Source of the DNA: Balanoglossus misakiensis | Taxonomy: Eukaryota; Animalia; Hemichordata | Assembly (NCBI GenBank): GCA_040954595.2 | Contig: CM082579.2 | Coordinates: 5,390,879-5,454,878 of the forward strand | DNA length: 64,000 bases | Direction: 5' to 3' | In this document: positions 46,701 through 64,000 of the stretch, piece after piece | Layout of the letters: each line of letters starts with the position of its first letter | Numbering within the stretch: position 1 is the stretch's first letter | Program-made: the position numbers and the translations under genes | The notes under the pieces: model-generated | The model's database searches: none | The model's input: the letters and a program-made list of their open reading frames with translations, nothing else | What the model was told of the DNA's origin: nothing

Positions 46701-48726
46701 AGAATAAATAGCCTTTTATCAATTTTGTTTCAATAGAAGTTTGGATGAGGAGATGAAATTAAATGATGAGGGGATGAAATTGAATATTCAAATATCGATG
46801 ACAAGTGAAACGAATCTGGTTGCACGTATGACAAGGCTTTCACGTATGAATAGAAGAGTTCGTTGACTGTTTCTGGTTGATGTGAAGTCACCCCTTTCCA
46901 AACTGACATGGTTTGGATTTGAGTTCCCTTCCCCTTACTCACGCCCACAAGACAGTGATGTCAGTAATTTGCAAAAAGGTTAAAACAATCAAATAAATAT
47001 GCACTGGACATGTGTACATCACCAGACTGACTAAGTCGAACCTGCTTTTACTGATGGCTGCTTGAGAGATTTGTTTGTAAATGCCTCTCTGGAAACTCTC
47101 TTTCGAGGCATGCGCTGGATGGCAGTACAACATAGGCATGTACGAACTGAATGAGCTCTATCTGTTTGTCCAGCATGCTGGCACAAGATGTGCATGGTTT
47201 GGAGGTCTCGGGTAAACTCTTGGCTGTGACCTCACCATGGGGAAATTAATTCATTTTTAGGTTCAGTATAAAACAGGATGAATACAAGATTTCTGGATTA
47301 CTTAAGTTGCAACTGTATGCAATTTTTGTCATTTGCAGGTGATTATATACATCTTTATCTTGGTATTTAAAATCCCTGCGTTTCTGGCTGATGTAAATGA
47401 AAGCTCATTAAACGTTGCCCTGGCAATATGCAATTTCCTGTATTGGGATTATACTTCTGGTCAAACTTCAATCACATTTTGGGATACAATGATGAGGAAT
47501 CTTTTTTTTTAATTGAAATAATGATGTGGATGTCAGCTGTCACTGAAGGAATAGTTTCCCTCCAGCGGAATTGATCATAATTGAATGATTCTGTTATCCT
47601 GAAATAACGCAACAGGAAATGACGTATCGTGTTCTGCCACCTGAACTGAGAAGTCATTTTCCGCCATTCCGAGCTCTCAATGCCAAACACCAGTGAAGTG
47701 TGCAGAAGACAAACTGATACCGAAATTTTCGACCACACCACAAATTGTAAATATTGCTCCCCAAACCACAGTATCACAGATTTTGTAATAATTTGAAGAA
47801 AGAAAATTCTGACTGATAATCCAATGGGACCTGTATGCTAAATATTAAAGCTGTATGACCAGCGGTCAATTGTTTACAGACAGATGCACAGATGACGACG
47901 ATTAAACAGTCTGCCAATCTGATAAGCTCAGACTGACCTAGTGATTTTCGCAAGATATTGTGAGTTTTACACTTATCACGCAGTTTCAATTTGGAAAATT
48001 TGGTCTGGCAGGTCTTTGTAGGGATGCTTCATTGCCTTGTTTAGCCTGGCCGTACCATTTGTGTGAAGGGGGGGGGGTAGCTGAGTGGGTGAGTTACAAT
48101 ATGGCCTGTTGAAAATCAGACGTGCTATCGCTGCATCTCAGGCTACTCAAGCTGGGAGAGTTGGTTTTTCTGAGAAGAAAATCGCTGAAGGCTGTTTAAT
48201 TGTGAAGAGATCTGAAGAGGAAGGAGAATAGCCTTGAACGGTCATAGTTGAAAACGTCTGTGTGACCTGTGGAGGAGCAGCTATCAAAGACGACTGACAC
48301 CTCTAATATTGCAATTTCACAGGTGACCTTAAAGAGAAATTAAAGATATTCAATCATCACACCTCTAATTTGTACAATCAACAGATGTGCAACATCATGC
48401 ATATCACAGTATAGCTATGGAGTGTATCAATTAGAGGTACAAGTATCTGTTGCTATTGGCAACTGTTCCTCCACGCATCACCCCAGCGCGTCATGCCAAC
48501 TCTAACGATGTCATTGTCTGTTATTTCCACATACAATGTACTTGCTTTCTCGGTGAACTGGGCATTTCAATACAATTTAACTCTAGGCAGTGAACAGGCA
48601 ATTAGGTCTTTTGACCATTTTCACCTGCAAAGTTCAGTATACCCAAATGTATTCAATAGAATAGTTGCACCTCTAGTGAAAGAGTCATATGTACGTATAT
48701 ACCCCTGGTTCAAGGGCATAAACTCT

Positions 48727-48783
48727 GGAAAAGAGAGGGAATAGGGTGGGCGGGGGAAAAGAGAGGGAATAGGGTGGGCGGGG
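48727..48783 (+). repeat. Perfect 28-bp G-rich tandem duplication
   Basis: GGAAAAGAGAGGGAATAGGGTGGGCGGG occurs twice (48727-48754, 48755-48782). Confidence 0.85.
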
Positions 48784-49166
48784 CTTAGCTTGAATGTCAC
48801 TCATCACTATTAATTGACAATTTATTGGCTCAGTTTCCTGAGTGGTAAGAAGATGATCTTTATTTCTCAATCAAATTGTTTTAGATCTTATTCTTAGAAT
48901 GCGTGATTTCTCTACACAAAGTTGAGACAGTTTGGCCCTCTCATTCAAACATTTACATGGTGCCTGTCAATTTCTACTCTCAATTTTAAGAGAGGACAAT
49001 CCAAATTTGCCAAGAACAAAATATGAGAAAAAAATTATGACTTTGGTTTTCAAGGTGCGTACGATGAAAATAGAATTCACAACATATATCGTGTTTCAGA
49101 AATATACAAAGTCAAATGATCACCTTGTAATTTCAATTTTTTTTTTCATGACGGTGGTGGGTGTCT

Positions 49167-51200
49167 CTATGACGATGACGGCAGCTGGGGCCCACCGCCA
49201 TGGTAATTGCCTGAAACTTCAGCTCCACTGAAATCAAATCCTGGATTCTGAGTAGAAAATGATAGACAGAAATGTCACATTAAGAGGACTGGTCCAAAGA
49301 CATCACAGTCATGGGATTGAAATTTCATCAAATTCACAAAAATTGAATGTCCTTGAAATTTATGATTTTAATCTCTCATATTCTCTCTCACGGTTTTCCT
49401 ATTATGTTTTAAGCATGGTTAAGGCAAGGGTTGAAGCCACATGTTACACTTTCACGAAGTGGAATGGTAAAATGGCCACCCACATGAAACAGAATTTACA
49501 CATGTGTACAAGATGCAATTGGTGGCAATTTTGCCCCTTGACATCTCCTGTCTCATCCCATTTTTCTGACATGGTTTCTCCAATGCTATTGAAAACAATA
49601 GGAGTGAACAATGCAATGTACAACAGAGAACAGATAATATCTTTGTAAGAAATAGGGTGCCGTTAGCATCTATCGCTCACAATGGATGATGTTACTTCTG
49701 TAGAATTAAAACACAGTTACTCAGAATTTTTAATATTTGAACAAACAGACCACACAAGATGCACCCAAAAAGTATACAGTTATTTGGACATGACCATTTT
49801 CCCTATGCAACATTAAATTCTTTTGCACAAGTACAGGGAAAAGTGGGAACAAGTAATCCACCAGACTATTTCAGCTAAAATGTATCTACAACAGCTTGAT
49901 GACTACAAACTTTTCATTTTGTACACTACAAAGGGCCGCCAACTTAATACTTACCTCTTTCTGAAATCTCTCAAGCGTCAATTTCTTTTCCATCTGATCA
50001 AAGGTGAATGAGTCTGCTTCATATTCATTTACAAGTAGAGACATCCAACACGTTTGGCACCCACGGATTTTTATCAAAACTATCCTCAGAAATGTTCTGT
50101 CCTCTGCAAGATAAATACCAAATGAATGACATACGTTCGGTATATGTCAAATGTATGTTGTCATGGGAATAAAGAGGCCCAGAAACTGGGGTCCTTTCTG
50201 CAACTTACTAAGGGGCCTTTCAGATGTTCAAAAACAGTGGATACCATATTATAAACCACGACTTTGCCAAATTTGTGAATTAGGCCAGGGAGAAGGAACA
50301 ATCAATGCCACTTAAACTATTTAAGATTTTAACTTTTTTTTGACTATGCAAGCAAATTTATAGAAAACTGTATTTTGTATTAAACTTAAATCCTGTTTCA
50401 GTAACTTGCACTCTGTGGAAATATTGTCAAATAAGATGGTAACTCTGCAGCTTATCCATGACACATCTAAAACCCATAGAGAACATCATTCATAAGAGTT
50501 TAGACATCATCTTATTCTGGGAATATCATACCAATATTCTACCCGAAACTTACCTAGACTCCACATGCATTCATCTGTTATGACTTTTTCATGAAGGTCT
50601 CCCTAAAAATAAACAGAAAAGCAGATTGAATATTTCAAAGAACTGAACTATCTTGTTATCAAACAGGCTGGTATATTTTATTGTCTACAGGCACAGGAAT
50701 CACAAATGACTGAAGCCCGATTCAACATGTAAATTATTAAAGAAATCAGGCTACAGTCAGATTGATTCTGTGCCTTGCACAATTGCCCATAGTATTTCCA
50801 ATGGAAATTGTATATTTTAACTTTGGCAATGGGATGCTGCTTACAAAACTCGAGCATCTTTAGGTCAGAGTTCATGGCCATTACAATTTACATTACTTGC
50901 AACACCATCTTGTGCATTGCATCTTTTATATAATGTATATGGGGAAAATGATCATATCATGATCATAGCATAGCATATTAATATAAAACTAATAATTTTA
51001 AGTGCCTTGAATATTGTTTTTCCTTTCACGACCACGGAGATGTGCTTTAACCTAAAATCAATATCGACTTCTTTCGCCCTTGTGCGTTCTGGCAAGTTGA
51101 TCTCTACGTAAACCTCTTCCATGGTTTGGTACCACTGTCCCCATGGTGCCTTGACAGAGACGATGCCGCTACGTTCGTCGAAGTGTATTTCTCCTGACAT
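49167..51200 (-). CDS. NUDCD2: NudC domain-containing protein 2 (CS/p23-like co-chaperone), 4 exons, about 157 aa
   Basis: Exons 51200-51006 (HFDERSGIV...PWGQWYQTMEEVYVE), 50602-50554 (GDLHEKVITDECMWSL), 50103-49955 (QMEKKLTLERFQKE), 49247-49167 (NPGFDFSGAEVSGNYHGGGP...TAG). Motifs match NUDCD2. Intron 1 appears to start with GC. Confidence 0.92.
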
Positions 51201-51724
51201 TGCTCAGGCCTGAAAGCGACAGAAAGCTATCATGAAAAACTCCGTACAGTTTTTAAAGTTTGGGTTTAGGTGTTGTACATCAGACGCTTATATTTGACGA
51301 GAGAAAACGATGTACCGGTGTCTTCAGTTTGCAAACACTACCTTTACCCCGGAAGTAATCCATTTCAGTGTTTGCGACACTGTGTAACGACAACAGAAGT
51401 ATTAATTTTAATCTTAAAAGGCGTAACTTGTGTATACTTTTAATGCACTGGCCACAATTTCTTTAAGTTTGAATTGCAATTAATTACTTTGTTTAGTAAA
51501 ATACTATCCAAACAATACGATTTACTGTAACACTAACCCTCATGGCCGTACAACTTCGGCCCTGCGCAGACACGCCCACTTTCATGTGCTTGCATCAACC
51601 GGAACACCGGGTGATATTTTTTCGACAGCTGCTAATCGTAAAGTGTTCAACACGTCTGTGTTGGATGCATGAGTAGTAATTCAGTTTCTTCGTGCCTGGC
51701 AGATAGTTAGAAACTGACCGACGG
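51201..51724. promoter_or_regulatory. Probable bidirectional promoter between NUDCD2 and LARS1, including the LARS1 non-coding exon 1
   Basis: NUDCD2 ATG at 51200 (-) and a strong + donor GTGAGT at 51725; ETS site CCGGAAGT 51349-51356; C/EBP-ATF element TTGCATCA 51590-51597. Confidence 0.6.
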
Positions 51725-52538
51725 GTGAGTAAAAATTGACAAATGAAAATGATAAACACGGCACGAAAGCCTGTCAGCAGGGTGTCAGGTGCCATGTGCT
51801 GCTGCAGCTCAATAGCTCGAGGTTTTGTTGTAAGTGGACGGCAAAACTGGTTTAGCCGTCTAACCACAAAAAAGGCTAAACCTCCAGCAACTGAACTGCA
51901 GCTAGAATGTGAAGAGATGCCATTGCCAGCTTGTTCACGTCTCAACTTGAACCTAACGTGTCACTTTCTCTAAACACCTGTTTTAGGAATGCACAAAGTA
52001 ATTGACCAATCAGAAGTGCCAAAGTCCAAAACAAAAGACAATAATGCATAGTGGTGGACAGGTTGATTGTGGGATATACCATCCCTTGTCTACCACCATG
52101 CCTTTGCATTTGTCTGCATTTCAATTTCTATTTTTATCTGGCGTGCTGTAACCCTCATCAGTGTCATTTCCCATGATACCTTGCAGCTTTGCAGTGTTCC
52201 ATTAGAAACTTCAAGTTCTACAAAGTGATCATGCAAGTTGTTGATAAATACATACTTTAAACTTTAAATTAAGCAGGAGCATAGCAGGACAGAGGAAGCA
52301 GTGATGTTCAAAATGTGATTGGTAGAAAGGTTGATTATAAAGCCATATGGATCATAAATTGATTACAACATGTATTGAAGCGGCAATGCCCTCCCTATGA
52401 TCCTAAATATGCCCTATTTTCCAATACACATTACCAACCAATCTGATTAAAATCAGATGTAGGGAACGACGACGTCTTTTACTTACGCGGTACGGTTATG
52501 ATTCTCCTTGTTTATTAATATATATCTGTAGGTACACA

Positions 52539-63640
<11,102 letters not shown>

Positions 63641-64000
63641 AAAGAAATGCAGATGCCAGAAAATTAACCAGCACTCAATTGAAAAACACAACTTTATCCA
63701 ATTACCCTCATGCCCTTTGTAATAGTTTATGAAAAGAAAAGTTGTTTTCAGCTTAAAGCAGACATGTAACCAGAACTTCATTCTGATTGGTTGTAAACTT
63801 TCGTCAATTTTGATTTTCTGTAAATTCCATCATTTCAGTGTTTGATGTTTTGGTCACTCTTACTAACTTTTTAAGTTGATGTATTCGGTCAACAGACAGT
63901 GCATATACAGTATTTTTGACGCAACATTACAGGTTTAAGATGGTTTCATGCCTAAGTTTACCAAGAAAATACGAAACTGGAATACAATCCTGATCATATT

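Noticed and set aside
48205-48270. CTGAAGA...GAAA spacing suggestive of a hammerhead ribozyme
   Set aside because: Stems I and III cannot be built convincingly, and the core after the best stem II reads GAAC.

Overview
Intron-rich animal genomic DNA, probably from a marine invertebrate (taxon is an inference). The window holds four spliced genes in two head-to-head pairs. (1) The 5' part of furry (FRY/FRYL ortholog, - strand, 13 coding exons, 23307 down to 152, continuing beyond the window start) diverges from a circadian Clock gene (+ strand, about 24354-35154; bHLH, PAS-A, PAS-B, exon-19-like coiled coil, Q-rich tail). (2) NUDCD2 (- strand, 51200-49167) diverges from cytoplasmic leucyl-tRNA synthetase LARS1 (+ strand, 52539-63640). 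Between the pairs is an intact, very recent Ty3/Gypsy (Mag-like) LTR retrotransposon (39140-43782; identical 186-bp LTRs, AATAT TSD, tRNA-Ser PBS, single gag-pol ORF). Introns carry small MITEs, a tRNA-derived SINE-like head and short duplications. Best leads: a 94-nt hairpin in a Clock intron with strand-specific G-U pairs, four ATF4-type amino-acid-response elements plus uORFs at the LARS1 5' end, a candidate box C/D snoRNA in LARS1, D-box and nuclear-receptor elements in Clock, and an apparent GC 5' splice site in NUDCD2. Exon coordinates were read by eye and checked for phase continuity; no database search or folding was run.
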